Assembly (NCBI GenBank): GCA_029855935.1
Contig: JAGSHN010000012.1
Coordinates: 64,001 to 128,000, forward strand
DNA: 64,000 nucleotides
Direction of reading: 5' to 3'
DNA from: Candidatus Thorarchaeota archaeon
Lineage (GTDB): Archaea > Asgardarchaeota > Thorarchaeia > Thorarchaeales > Thorarchaeaceae
Made by a program: the position numbers and the translations under genes
Notes under the pieces: generated by a model
What the model was told of the DNA's origin: nothing
The model's input: only the letters and a program-made list of their open reading frames with translations
The model's database searches: none
In this document: positions 1-10,040 of the stretch, piece by piece
Numbering within the stretch: position 1 is the stretch's first letter
Layout of the letters: every line of letters begins with the position of its first letter

Positions 1-8
1 CCTCTACG

Positions 9-1910
9 TCACCCCTCCTGTGTTTCCACTGACGTCCGTTGCAGTGCCCTCGTTTCCATCTCTGTCAAGGTCTCGTATATCCCTGCATAGATGCCGCCTG
101 CAGCCAGAAGCTCCTCGTGCGTTCCAATCTCGACAACACGTCCTCTCTCCATCACGACAATGAGATTGGCATTCCGGATGGTGCTCATCCGGTGAGTGAT
201 GACGAACGTGGTCCGCCCTCTCATCAGATTCTCGAGTGCCTGCTGTATGAGCATCTCCGTCCTAGCGTCTACCGCGCTCGTTGAGTCATCCAATATCAGT
301 ATTCTGGGGTCGGCGAGCAGGGCCCGTGCTATTGCAATCCTCTGTCGCTGACCACCACTGAGCGTGACCCCACGCTCTCCCACCATCGAGTCATATCCCT
401 CTGGTAGCCTCTCGATGAACTCGTGTGCCATGGCAGCCCGCGCGGCGGCCTCTATCTCCTCTTGTGAGGCATCAGGTCTTGCAAAGGCAATGTTCTCCCT
501 GACAGTGGCGGAGAACAGGAACGGGTCCTGATGTACGATGCCAATCCTGCGCCGGAGGTCAGTAAGACGATACATCCTCACGTCTATTCCGTCGACCAGC
601 ACACGGCCTGGCGGTCTCACAGGACAGACAGTACCGTCTATCTCAATCTTCCCATCTTTGGCATAGTATCGTCGTCCCTCAATCTCCACGCAACCGTGTT
701 CGTCCAGTCTGTACGTCCTGCCCCGATACTGGATAGTCGGACTGGGGTCAACATCGTAGAGCCGAGGAATCAGTCTTGTCAGACTCGACTTGCCAGACCC
801 CGTTCCTCCGACGAGGGCCACAATCTGCCCGGGTAGGACTCTGAAGCTGACCCCGTCCAGAATCATTCTGTTTCCATCATAACCAAAGCATACGTTCTCG
901 AACTCCACCTCGCCCTGTATGTCTGAAATCTCCACAGGTTGTTCCGGGTCCCTTATCTCGTCTTCGTGGTCGAGAACATAGAAAGTCCTCTCCGCAGCGG
1001 CCGAGGCGCGTTGATACATCCCGATTCCCCAGCTCAGGAATCTGGCTGGCAGGATTAGCATTCCAATGAGTGCGACAAAGGCGACGAACTCGCCGTACGT
1101 GAGACTACCCTCGACGAATCTGACCCCACCGACATAGACCAGCAGACCTGTGATCACTCCCAGCAGTGCTGGCAGCAACGGCTGATACAGCGCCGCCAAC
1201 CTGAACGCCCGTGTAGCCACATCTCTGTACTCCTCGTTGGCCCTGCGGACGCGCTGTCCCTCTCTGTCCTCCGACGTAAAGGAACGGATTATCTTGATGC
1301 CCACTATGTTCTCGGTCAGCACGGAGCTGAGCCGGCCGTACATCTGTCTGGCCCTGAAGAACACTGGTCTGACGTGTTTCGCAAAGGCGACACCGAACAA
1401 TGCGACGACTGGTAGGGCGACAAACATGTACATTGTCAGGCCGGGACTGATGAGCCACATCATGACATAGGTGCCTATCAGCTGGACTATGCCCATGAAT
1501 ATGACACGGTAGCCCCAGACGAGAAACTCCCTCATCGTAGTGACATCGGTTGTGACGCGTGCGATCAGCTGTCCCGTTTCGTTTCTGTCGTAGAAGGCAA
1601 GATCTTTCTCCATCAGCGCCTCGTAGAGGTCCTGCCGGAGTTCGTATATTGATCGATGCGCCGAGAGTACCGCACCGTACCTCGCGATGATGTCAAACAC
1701 TGAGTAGAGGCCCGTGAGCCCCAGATACAACAAGGAGTATGGAATGAGGAGCGCTGGGTCGGCACTGGGAATGACGCTGTCGATGATGGTCGACAGCACT
1801 GATGGAGTGAGAACATTGAAGGCTGTGCCAATTGTGGCCGACACTAGAAAACCAAAGAACAGTCTCTTGTGGCGAAGCGGATACTGCGTCAGCCTCCATA
1901 TGTACCCCAT
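9..1910 (-). CDS. Type IV ABC exporter half-transporter (TMD+NBD, MdlB/MsbA-like) with an insertion in the NBD
   Basis: Hydrophobic N-terminal TMD, Walker A GGTGSGKS, Q-loop VHQD, LSGGQRQR, Walker B ILILDD, H-loop ITHR; about 45 extra aa after RLYDVD. Confidence 0.95.
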   Translation of the reverse strand: MGYIWRLTQYPLRHKRLFFGFLVSATIGTAFNVLTPSVLSTIIDSVIPSADPALLIPYSLLYLGLTGLYSVFDIIARYGAVLSAHRSIYELRQDLYEALMEKDLAFYDRNETGQLIARVTTDVTTMREFLVWGYRVIFMGIVQLIGTYVMMWLISPGLTMYMFVALPVVALFGVAFAKHVRPVFFRARQMYGRLSSVLTENIVGIKIIRSFTSEDREGQRVRRANEEYRDVATRAFRLAALYQPLLPALLGVITGLLVYVGGVRFVEGSLTYGEFVAFVALIGMLILPARFLSWGIGMYQRASAAAERTFYVLDHEDEIRDPEQPVEISDIQGEVEFENVCFGYDGNRMILDGVSFRVLPGQIVALVGGTGSGKSSLTRLIPRLYDVDPSPTIQYRGRTYRLDEHGCVEIEGRRYYAKDGKIEIDGTVCPVRPPGRVLVDGIDVRMYRLTDLRRRIGIVHQDPFLFSATVRENIAFARPDASQEEIEAAARAAMAHEFIERLPEGYDSMVGERGVTLSGGQRQRIAIARALLADPRILILDDSTSAVDARTEMLIQQALENLMRGRTTFVITHRMSTIRNANLIVVMERGRVVEIGTHEELLAAGGIYAGIYETLTEMETRALQRTSVETQEG

Positions 1911-1956
1911 TCTCTCACCGTCAGTACTATCAGATCATCCGAGTCATTGATGCGTT

Positions 1957-2373
1957 TCATCTGCACTTCTCGACAAGAAGTCTTCCGAGATTCTCGCAGG
2001 CCTCGATGTCCTCCTGTGTCGGATGGCCCTTCACTCGCAGTGGTCCGTCACCCACAAACTCTCCACCGAGTTCCCGCAGCCTGTCAGCCACAATGCCTGG
2101 AGCCTCTCCACTCCACCCGTAAGAGCCAAAGGACGTGACCTTTAGACCGTCCAGCCGCGGAAGCTCGGCCATTATCTGTCGCACCTTTGGCAGAGGCCTC
2201 TTCATCCTAGTCGAGCAGCCCAGTGCCAGCGCACATGCATCGCCTAAGCCGTCAAACTCTCTAGCACGTTGCAGCACGCACTCGCCACCAGCCTCAGTGA
2301 TTCCTCTGCATATGGCCTGAGCCATTGCCTTTGTCTTGCCGGTCGTGCTCTCGTAGACAACAAGAATCTTCAT
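1957..2373 (-). CDS. Flavodoxin-like protein (FprA C-terminal-type)
   Basis: MKILVVYESTTGKT FMN-phosphate loop and FGSYGWSGEA motif; start moved to ATG 2373. Confidence 0.88.
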   Translation of the reverse strand: MKILVVYESTTGKTKAMAQAICRGITEAGGECVLQRAREFDGLGDACALALGCSTRMKRPLPKVRQIMAELPRLDGLKVTSFGSYGWSGEAPGIVADRLRELGGEFVGDGPLRVKGHPTQEDIEACENLGRLLVEKCR

Positions 2374-2498
2374 CGTTGTTCCAGCTCCCTTCTCACTCCT
2401 GTTTGAAAAGCCTTCCAAATCGGCATCGCACACTCGTGTGTCAGAGCGTATTTGGTCGTACCGTCCCATCTATATCTCTGAACGCTCACAGTCAACGG

Positions 2499-3194
2499 GT
2501 GTCATCTCAGGAGTTTCTCAGAGAGAAGGCCCGCAGATTGTGTGATCTGCTCGTCTTGCATTACGGGGACCACATATCCGCTCGGACGTTGCCACCGGTG
2601 GACGAGTTGGTCCTGACCATTCTCAGTCAGAACACCACCGACACGAATGCCCGTCGGGCATTCGAGGCACTCAAGGCAAGATATTCCAGTTGGGATGATG
2701 TTGCCGGGGCACCGCCCTCGGATGTGGCCGATGCCATCCGCTCCTCAGGAGCATTCCGGGTGAAGGCCAAGAGAATACAGACAGCATTGCGCGAGATAAG
2801 GCGACGTATGGGCAGCATAGACCTGTCATCACTGGCCGAGATGTCGCTCGAGGAGGCAAAGCAGTTCCTGACATCGCTACACGGCGTCGGCCCCAAGACA
2901 GCTGCAATCGTTCTACTGTTCTCGTTCCATCGTCCTGTCCTCCCCGTCGACACACACGTCTATCGTGTGACCCGTCGCCTCGGTCTGATTGACTCAAGGG
3001 TTTCTCGGGAGAAGGCACACATCATCCTTGAGGGAATGATTCCCCCTGAGTGCATCTTCTCGCTGAATCACAATCTTGTCCGTCACGGGCGTTTCGTCTG
3101 CCGTGCAAGGTCACCCAAGTGTGATGAATGCTTCCTGTTCGAGATATGTGACTATGCACTCGTAGGAGATGCTGGGTCCATCCGACAGGGGTGA
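2499..3194 (+). CDS. nth: Endonuclease III (HhH-GPD DNA glycosylase, 4Fe-4S)
   Basis: ILSQNTTD, HhH LHGVGPKTA, PVDTHV, C-terminal C-x6-C-x2-C-x5-C; probable GTG start 2499. Confidence 0.93.
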   Translation: MSSQEFLREKARRLCDLLVLHYGDHISARTLPPVDELVLTILSQNTTDTNARRAFEALKARYSSWDDVAGAPPSDVADAIRSSGAFRVKAKRIQTALREIRRRMGSIDLSSLAEMSLEEAKQFLTSLHGVGPKTAAIVLLFSFHRPVLPVDTHVYRVTRRLGLIDSRVSREKAHIILEGMIPPECIFSLNHNLVRHGRFVCRARSPKCDECFLFEICDYALVGDAGSIRQG

Positions 3195-3262
3195 CAACCT
3201 TCAAAAGAAGTGTGATGGAATGAGGCCGTCATCCTTGAGTGTGTCACTTGGTGTGATCCCCC

Positions 3263-4570
3263 ATGGTCCTTCCGATACTGGAACCCTCTGCATGGGAGCC
3301 TCTGTTGGTCATCGGCCTCGGCATTGTGCTCGCCTTTGCGGGAGCAGTCGTGATGAAGCGACTGGGAATACCGCAGATACTGGGATTCATGCTGGCCGGG
3401 GTCATCCTCAGTGTCCTTGGCGTGATCACCTCGGATGTCAGGGCCGCACTGTTCCCGGTCGTCAATCTTGCCCTTGGGATGATTGGCTACAATATCGGTC
3501 TTGAGATTCGTAGAGAGGTCTTTCGTGGCAAGACGCGTCAGATGGGGACTATACTCGTTCTTGAGTCAATACTGACGTTTGTCGTGGTCACACTGCTGAC
3601 CAACCTCCTACTCTCAAACATCTATGTTGCAATTGTCTTTGGCGCACTTGCCAGTGCCACGGATCCTGCCTCCACTGTGATGGTCATCTGGGAGCGTAAC
3701 TCGAAGGGCACACTGACGGACACGCTGATGTTCGTCCTCGCCCTTGATGATGTGGTGGCAATACTTCTCGCGAACATCTCCATGTCGCTGGTCACAGTAG
3801 CATACTCCGGTTCTACTCTGCTCGGTGATGCACTCCTCGTCACACTCTTCGACATAGTCGCTTCAGCCGGCGTTGGTGCAGTCTTTGGTGCTGGAATGGT
3901 CTACTTCATTAATCGGGAGGACGACCGAGCCAAGCTTCTTGAGTTCGAGCTGGGCCTGATAATACTGCTCGTCGGGCTGATGACTTGGCTGCACCTGAGT
4001 GCAATCCTGTCGTGTATGATCTTCGGCTTTGTAGTTGGTAACTACGTCAGTCCTGAGAAGGACCCCGTCTGCCACACACTCAAGGTCGTGATGTCGCCGG
4101 TCGTGATGCTCTTCTTTGTGATTGTAGGTGCCTCGATCAATGTGTGGAACGTCCTGAGTCTGACCACGGTCCTGCTGGCGGTACTCTACGTGGGTGGTCG
4201 GAGCGTTGCCAAGTACGTCGGCGCATACACTGGTGGCAGGCTGACGGGCGCCCCCTCGGTCACAACGAGGTATCTCGGCTACTGTCTGATGTCGCAGGCA
4301 GGTGTGGCGGTGGGTCTCTCGCTCATTGTGGAGGAACAGTTTGGTGCCGCGGGCCTTGCCGATATGGGCCTCCTGATTCTAGACGTCGTTGTCATAACGA
4401 CGATGATTCTGCAGATACTCGGCCCCATCTTTGCCTCTGAGGGTCTCCGGCGCGCAGGAGAGTATCCTGTGACATGCGCCCCCCGAACGGGGGTGGCCAC
4501 AACAGGTCCTCCCAATGAACGCTCAATACTAGACGGCGGTCCTCCCGATAGCGCGCCACCTGACCCGTGA
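3263..4570 (+). CDS. Cation:proton antiporter (CPA2/KefB-like)
   Basis: About 12-13 hydrophobic segments, IGLE, ATDPA and ALDD motifs, QAGVAVGL. Confidence 0.92.
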   Translation: MVLPILEPSAWEPLLVIGLGIVLAFAGAVVMKRLGIPQILGFMLAGVILSVLGVITSDVRAALFPVVNLALGMIGYNIGLEIRREVFRGKTRQMGTILVLESILTFVVVTLLTNLLLSNIYVAIVFGALASATDPASTVMVIWERNSKGTLTDTLMFVLALDDVVAILLANISMSLVTVAYSGSTLLGDALLVTLFDIVASAGVGAVFGAGMVYFINREDDRAKLLEFELGLIILLVGLMTWLHLSAILSCMIFGFVVGNYVSPEKDPVCHTLKVVMSPVVMLFFVIVGASINVWNVLSLTTVLLAVLYVGGRSVAKYVGAYTGGRLTGAPSVTTRYLGYCLMSQAGVAVGLSLIVEEQFGAAGLADMGLLILDVVVITTMILQILGPIFASEGLRRAGEYPVTCAPRTGVATTGPPNERSILDGGPPDSAPPDP

Positions 4571-4609
4571 TGCATGCATCTTATGAGGCGACGCCCGCAT
4601 TGTCTTGCT

Positions 4610-4921
4610 ATGTCGTCAAGCAGAGACTGTGTCAGAGATCAGCCGTGGAACGTCCGATGCGGTGTGAAGAGTCAGAAGGGCATCTGTGCCATTGGCCACA
4701 AAGTGGGTGATGAGGTCCTCTTCACAGAGAGAGGCCTGCGTGGCGAGCTATGTATCAGTGCTTTGTACTCGATGCTACCGAAGGTGTTCGCAATGATGTT
4801 CAACGCGTACTTTCCGTGGCTTGAGAATCAGTGTACTGCCATTCACGCGTGCCCCGATGCCGAGAATCCCGTTGTCTTTGAGTTGATGCGGGTCGAACGC
4901 GAGAAAAAGGATGACGAGTAG
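4610..4921 (+). CDS. TIGR04076-family Cys-containing small protein
   Basis: KGICAIGHKVGD...LCISAL...ACPDAENPVVFEL pattern; start 4610 or 4574. Confidence 0.8.
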   Translation: MSSSRDCVRDQPWNVRCGVKSQKGICAIGHKVGDEVLFTERGLRGELCISALYSMLPKVFAMMFNAYFPWLENQCTAIHACPDAENPVVFELMRVEREKKDDE

Positions 4922-4951
4922 GTGGATCTGTGATATCGCTCCGTTTCCCAC

Positions 4952-5299
4952 TCACGAGTCACTCTCTCTCATCTCGCTGTCGTTCCCAAAGGTTTCAATC
5001 ATGTCGCGATGGACCGCATCGCTGTCTGGACGATTGGTCATCACAATTAGTGTGCGGCCGTACCAGCCGCAGTCGAGGCAGTAGTAGGCCGGCTGGAGGG
5101 CCCCAAGAAGACCAAGGTCAACCTGAGATGTTATCTGAATCACTCTGAAGCTCTTGCAGTTCGGGCAGATGGGGATATCCTGTGAGATACCCTTCTTCTT
5201 CATCTCTTCAAGAGCGTGCCTGACAAACTCAAGTCTACGAAGCTCGACTAGCTCCCTCCTTGAGAGCACAGAACCTACCGTGTTGCGCAATCGCAGCAT
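4952..5299 (-). CDS. Zn-ribbon protein, unknown function
   Basis: CPNC-x22-CLDC; start uncertain (ORF open to 5380). Confidence 0.7.
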   Translation of the reverse strand: MLRLRNTVGSVLSRRELVELRRLEFVRHALEEMKKKGISQDIPICPNCKSFRVIQITSQVDLGLLGALQPAYYCLDCGWYGRTLIVMTNRPDSDAVHRDMIETFGNDSEMRESDS

Positions 5300-5597
5300 C
5301 TCCACAAGGTGATACCGTGATGTCACCTGCGGCTCAGGAAAAGACACCGCGTACCACTGTTCGGTCCCGCGTGCACTCAACTTATTAATTCATTTACGCA
5401 TTCCGCTCACAACCGCGTCAGCGAGGTATAATCATGTCATCCGAGTTACGCTCCCTCGGACAATCACCGTGCCGTACGCACATCCTCCCGCCGTGGGGTA
5501 GCAGTCTAGTCACCCCCCGCAGTCCACTCGGGGTGCAGTCTCTCCCCCATAATCCGGCTGCAGAATACTCCGCGGCGTCTGTCAGACTGTTCTGGAG

Positions 5598-6101
5598 TTG
5601 GTCTGCTTGAGCGAGCGCCCCGGCCTGAGTGGCTCACTGATCGACATTGTCATTGTTGTCTTCTCCGTCGGTGTTCTTCTTGGGTCCGTCACTGTCTGGA
5701 TGGCGTCCGCGACAGTCTCGCGCGAGATAGTCTTCGTCACAACAACGGTGGCACTCGTCATTTCTCTAGTCCTTGTGATCAGCGTGGCTGCTCTCGTTGT
5801 GGTTCGACTTCACAGACGCGTGGCCCGTCTTGAGCAGTCGTTGAACAATCGGGATGAGAGGCTGCCCGCAGTGGAGCCATCTGTGGTTGTCGTAACTCTC
5901 ACGAACATCGAGCGTCGGATTCTGAACCGGCTGGAGGAGAATGATGGGATCATCGCACAGGACGAGCTCAGACGTGTCACAGGTCTGAGCAAGTCCACAC
6001 TCAGTGTTTCGTTGTCCTCGCTGGAGCGAAAGGGGCTCATCCGACGGGAAACACGGGGCAGGACGAAGATTGTCCAGATGGTCTCCAGTGTGCGTCGATG
6101 A
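5598..6101 (+). CDS. Membrane-anchored winged-HTH transcription regulator
   Basis: Two N-terminal TM helices, short coiled coil, then LTNIERRIL...QDELRRVTGLSKSTLSVSLSSLERKGLI wHTH; start may be TTG 5607. Confidence 0.85.
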   Translation: MVCLSERPGLSGSLIDIVIVVFSVGVLLGSVTVWMASATVSREIVFVTTTVALVISLVLVISVAALVVVRLHRRVARLEQSLNNRDERLPAVEPSVVVVTLTNIERRILNRLEENDGIIAQDELRRVTGLSKSTLSVSLSSLERKGLIRRETRGRTKIVQMVSSVRR

Positions 6102-6267
6102 TATCGTCCCTAGAACGGTCTGCGCCTCAGGTAACTCTCCATTGTTGTGAATCAGCAGCATAAGCCCCTCCCTCGTTGGCAGAGTGAACGGTTCACAGCG
6201 AACATCTATTACTATCCACTCCGGAAGATGTTCCAGAAACAATCTCCAACGGAGGAAAAGAAGAGCT

Positions 6268-8055
6268 ATGAAGCGCCACATACTGTTGGCCGCACTGATC
6301 GGCCTTCTGATAGGGACTGCAGTTGTCGGGATCGTGCCGGCGCACGCTACGACGCCCTCTGCGTCGCATCACGCTCTGCAGGCCTTTGAGCCATTCGAAG
6401 AGGTTCAGCCAGGAGTCTACCTCTACTGGCAATGGTGGAATGAGAGCTATACGGAGAGCTCCCCCAGTTACCCGAATGGGAGTGATGACTGGAGCGACGG
6501 CTGGGATGACGACTGGAGTGAGCCCAACTGGACCCCGGCTGACGGGGGCGAGTTCTTCTACTATGTGATGGATACGGACGGCAACGGCTACTGGATTGCC
6601 CAGAATATGCAGTTCAAGTCGAACTTCTCGTGGACTTGGAACAATCTGCTGGTCAGCATAGTTGTCGATCCGGACGGGTCCTACGTGTCTTGGCTTTCAG
6701 GCCAAGGTATCGAGGAGGACATCTGGGAAGTGATCTACAGCGAGGAACCGGAGGCACTCACAGGCGACGAGATTGTCGTCTTCTCTGGCTTCTACTACGC
6801 CGACACCTACAGCAGCTATCTCTTCAACATTTCATATGAGTGGTATGACGAGGAGATGCATCCTGTAGACCCGAACACCGTGATTCCTAATCTCGCCGAA
6901 GGCTACGAGTGGGCCGCCGCTATGAACGAGTCGATCAGTGATTCGTTCGAGTGGTCCTACAAGGGATTCGGCTATGACATCCACGAGATGGCTGTTGTCG
7001 CCAACCAGACACGGTGGATGGAGCACTACTTCATGGGTATGAGTGCGTTCAACGACACCAATGGTAATGGAGTTCTTGACCTGGTGTACAACACTATTGG
7101 TATCGACTTCAATGGGGACGGCCAGGTCGACTGGACGTATCAAGAGCTGAACGACACAGCCTCAGAGACCGCCTATGCCTTCTACTCAGAGGAGGCCGAG
7201 CTCGGCGCAGTTCGGACACCGTTCGTAAACTCGGATGGTCAGATTGAGTGGGGCGCAGAGGTGACGGACATCGATGGTGCCTTCTATTCGGACGACTACT
7301 GGGCCTCGATGATGCCAGCGATGCCAGGTGGGTACGAGATGGGCTGGGGTGAGGATGACCCCTCAGAGCCTGTGTCAATACCCGCGACTGTCGACTCGAT
7401 GTCCATGACGTACAGGTTTGAGATGACAGACACGGCTGCGGTTCTCAAGATAGACCAGTACGTCGGCGATTTCCACCAGCCTGGCACGAGCGACCCCGTA
7501 CCGGAGCTTGAGGGACTCAGTCTCTCTCTCGCATACTGGAGCACGTTCTCCACATACAACCTCACGGTCGAGAGTGACGACGAGATCGTCTTTGGCGATG
7601 ACTACGAGGCGGAAGAGGAATTGGTCATAGAGCCTGTCCCTGTTTCCAGTGGTGACGTTTCGTTCCAAGTACAGGACGACCTACTTGCCTCGGTCAACTT
7701 TGGAGGCACCTACGTCTGGGGCCGCGATGGTCAGACATATGATGTGGGGACTGCCCTCTATCCTCTCTTCGAGTTTGAGATGCCCTTTGAGCAGGGTGGT
7801 GGAGAGGGTGCTTTCCTGACTGAGGCTGGTCCACTCTCTGGCGGGGTCTACTACTACAGCTCATCCTACAAGAACTGGGACGGATACTCGATCACTCACG
7901 ACCCCATGTTTGAGGTCTATCCCGATGTGCCCCCAGGGCAAGTGAGTAGCTACGTCAGTGGCCTCGTCACCGCTTCCACGGTCCTCTCAATCGGTGGCGT
8001 AATCGCTGTAGTGGCAGTTGTAGCACGCATATACGTGCTGCGCAAGAGGAAGTGA
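6268..8055 (+). CDS. Large acidic cell-surface protein (signal peptide and C-terminal TM anchor)
   Basis: MKRHILLAAL...AHA signal, D/E/Y/W-rich body, DTNGNG and DFNGDG Ca-loop-like motifs, many NxS/T sequons, TM followed by RKRK. Confidence 0.85.
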   Translation: MKRHILLAALIGLLIGTAVVGIVPAHATTPSASHHALQAFEPFEEVQPGVYLYWQWWNESYTESSPSYPNGSDDWSDGWDDDWSEPNWTPADGGEFFYYVMDTDGNGYWIAQNMQFKSNFSWTWNNLLVSIVVDPDGSYVSWLSGQGIEEDIWEVIYSEEPEALTGDEIVVFSGFYYADTYSSYLFNISYEWYDEEMHPVDPNTVIPNLAEGYEWAAAMNESISDSFEWSYKGFGYDIHEMAVVANQTRWMEHYFMGMSAFNDTNGNGVLDLVYNTIGIDFNGDGQVDWTYQELNDTASETAYAFYSEEAELGAVRTPFVNSDGQIEWGAEVTDIDGAFYSDDYWASMMPAMPGGYEMGWGEDDPSEPVSIPATVDSMSMTYRFEMTDTAAVLKIDQYVGDFHQPGTSDPVPELEGLSLSLAYWSTFSTYNLTVESDDEIVFGDDYEAEEELVIEPVPVSSGDVSFQVQDDLLASVNFGGTYVWGRDGQTYDVGTALYPLFEFEMPFEQGGGEGAFLTEAGPLSGGVYYYSSSYKNWDGYSITHDPMFEVYPDVPPGQVSSYVSGLVTASTVLSIGGVIAVVAVVARIYVLRKRK

Positions 8056-8068
8056 TTGGGCCGCGCCG

Positions 8069-8095
8069 CCCTCCCCTCTTTTTCTTTTTTTTCTT
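8069..8095 (+). terminator. Pyrimidine/U-tract terminator
   Basis: Pyrimidine-only run ending in a long T tract right after the 8055 stop. Confidence 0.65.
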
Positions 8096-8187
8096 GACTC
8101 ATCTGTGTGATTAGCATCAATCTGTGCGCGGAAGACTATTTTACCGCTCTGTGTTCCTCAGTCATCTCCGCAGATGAGGTCAGTACC

Positions 8188-9216
8188 TTGAACAAGACGA
8201 GTATTCTATCGTGGTTTCTGTTGGTGCTCATCATATCGATAGCTGGCACCTTGAGCGCCCGGTCCGGGCCAATCCAACAGAGTAGTCTCTCGGATGATGG
8301 CGGCGCTGTGATAGTCGACCATACGTGTGTCAATCTTGACATTGTTCCCGAGCGGTGGATCTCAGAGGCCAAGAGCGATCTCCGGGTCCACTATGCCCAC
8401 ACGAGTCATGGTGGTCAGATAACCATAGGCCTTGAGAGACTGATGGCCTCCAACTCCTCTCTCGGGGTCGACATAGGCGATAACTATCTGCCAGACTCCA
8501 GTGGTCTGCTGTGCATCTATGACGGGAACGATGGCGAGTCATATATCACTCCTGATCTCTACTGGCAGGCACCGGACGGCCTGCAGATGACACAGAACAC
8601 GCTTGATGCGAACCCTGAGATATCAATCTCCCTCTGGTCGTGGTGCACGCAGCTCGACTACTACTCAGAGGAGTCTGTGCAGGAGTATCTGGATGCAATG
8701 GCATATCTGGAGTCCCAGAACCCGGATGTCACCTTCATCTATATGACAGGCAATGCACAGGCCACTGATGAAGGGGGCTACAACCGGTGGCTGAGGAATC
8801 AGATGATTCGAGAGTACTGCATCCAGAACGGGAAGGTCCTCTTCGACTTTGCAGATCTCGACTCGTGGAGTAACGGCGAACAGGCCACGTACGAATACGT
8901 CGATGGCGACACGACCTATTCGGTACCTGTGGAGCATCCAGACTTCCACGGTGATGAGGCCGGACACACGACCTTCACCAGTTGTGAGCAAAAGGCGCGT
9001 GCATTCTGGTATATGATGGCGATGCTGGCTGGTTGGACGGGACCTGATGGCGAGCACTCTACAACACCCTCGACGACATCCTCCGATACTTCGGCCGGAG
9101 GTTCAACCAACACACTGTGGTCCTGGGTGACTAATTCACAGACACTCATCATAGTTCTCTCCGTGTTCGTGGTGGCCGTCGCGGTGATTGGCGTCCGACT
9201 GCGCAGGAGAGGCTGA
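8188..9216 (+). CDS. Secreted, membrane-anchored protein, possible SGNH-like hydrolase
   Basis: TTG start 7 nt after GAGGT; signal peptide, HYAHTSHGGQI, LFDFADLDS, Ser/Thr linker, C-terminal TM followed by RLRRR. Confidence 0.75.
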   Translation: MNKTSILSWFLLVLIISIAGTLSARSGPIQQSSLSDDGGAVIVDHTCVNLDIVPERWISEAKSDLRVHYAHTSHGGQITIGLERLMASNSSLGVDIGDNYLPDSSGLLCIYDGNDGESYITPDLYWQAPDGLQMTQNTLDANPEISISLWSWCTQLDYYSEESVQEYLDAMAYLESQNPDVTFIYMTGNAQATDEGGYNRWLRNQMIREYCIQNGKVLFDFADLDSWSNGEQATYEYVDGDTTYSVPVEHPDFHGDEAGHTTFTSCEQKARAFWYMMAMLAGWTGPDGEHSTTPSTTSSDTSAGGSTNTLWSWVTNSQTLIIVLSVFVVAVAVIGVRLRRRG

Positions 9217-9261
9217 TGATCCGGACGCCCACGTGGGAGCATTCGCTCACCCTGCTCCGGT

Positions 9262-9876
9262 CTAGTTCCTTCCCCTCAGTCTTGGAATGAACATCGGCAC
9301 GCGTCTTCGATACTCGGCATACTCCTCACCGAACTCTCTGAGCAGTTCGGTTTCCTCCTTGTGTGCCACTAGGTAGTTGACCAGACACACTAGCGGGGTG
9401 GCGGCTAGGGAGTACAGGGCCGACAGGATCAGTGTCATGCCGATGTGAGACAGCACACCCCCCAAGTACTGTGGATGCCTCACGAACGAGTACACTCCAG
9501 TGGTGACAATTTGCTCTGGCCGGTGTAGTTCCGCGACGCGCAGGCTGACCGCGCGAACACCCGCCACACCTAAGATGGCACCTGGTACGAGGAAGGCGAG
9601 TCCTAGCAGCAGATGGTCCAGAGGGATGGAGATGGCCCACATACTCATGTTGCCAGCTGGCACTATGTTGAGCTTGAACCTCTCCTGGGGCGCGAGCCAG
9701 ACTCCAGCCCAGAATCCGAAGTAGAGATATCCCGACACCAGCCCGAGCTGCTCGCCTATCCTGTCGCCGCGTTCCCTGCCGTACTTCTCTCGGAGCTCTT
9801 GGTGTTCATACGACCTGAAGAGGAGAGGGAGGTCGAGGAGGAATCCCACCACACAGAGAAGGAACAGTAACGCCAC
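9262..9876 (-). CDS. Isoprenylcysteine carboxylmethyltransferase/PEMT family membrane methyltransferase
   Basis: TTGVYSFVRHPQY, EETELLREFGEEYAEYRRRVPMFIP. Confidence 0.9.
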   Translation of the reverse strand: MALLFLLCVVGFLLDLPLLFRSYEHQELREKYGRERGDRIGEQLGLVSGYLYFGFWAGVWLAPQERFKLNIVPAGNMSMWAISIPLDHLLLGLAFLVPGAILGVAGVRAVSLRVAELHRPEQIVTTGVYSFVRHPQYLGGVLSHIGMTLILSALYSLAATPLVCLVNYLVAHKEETELLREFGEEYAEYRRRVPMFIPRLRGRN

Positions 9877-10040
9877 ATATCACATCAATGACGTCCCATC
9901 TTATCTCCCCTACGCTGCCAAGCTGGGCAGACGATGAGTCGTGCCGTCGTGCTCGTCTGCTCCCTCGACTGTTGTGATATAGGAAAGAGATTTCTAGGAG
10001 CGAGTCAGATGTCCTGTACGCATCTGCGGGAGTCTTTGTC

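Noticed and set aside
609-747. Intein in the ABC NBD
   Set aside because: Too short, and no intein N-terminal block or HN-[CST] splice junction
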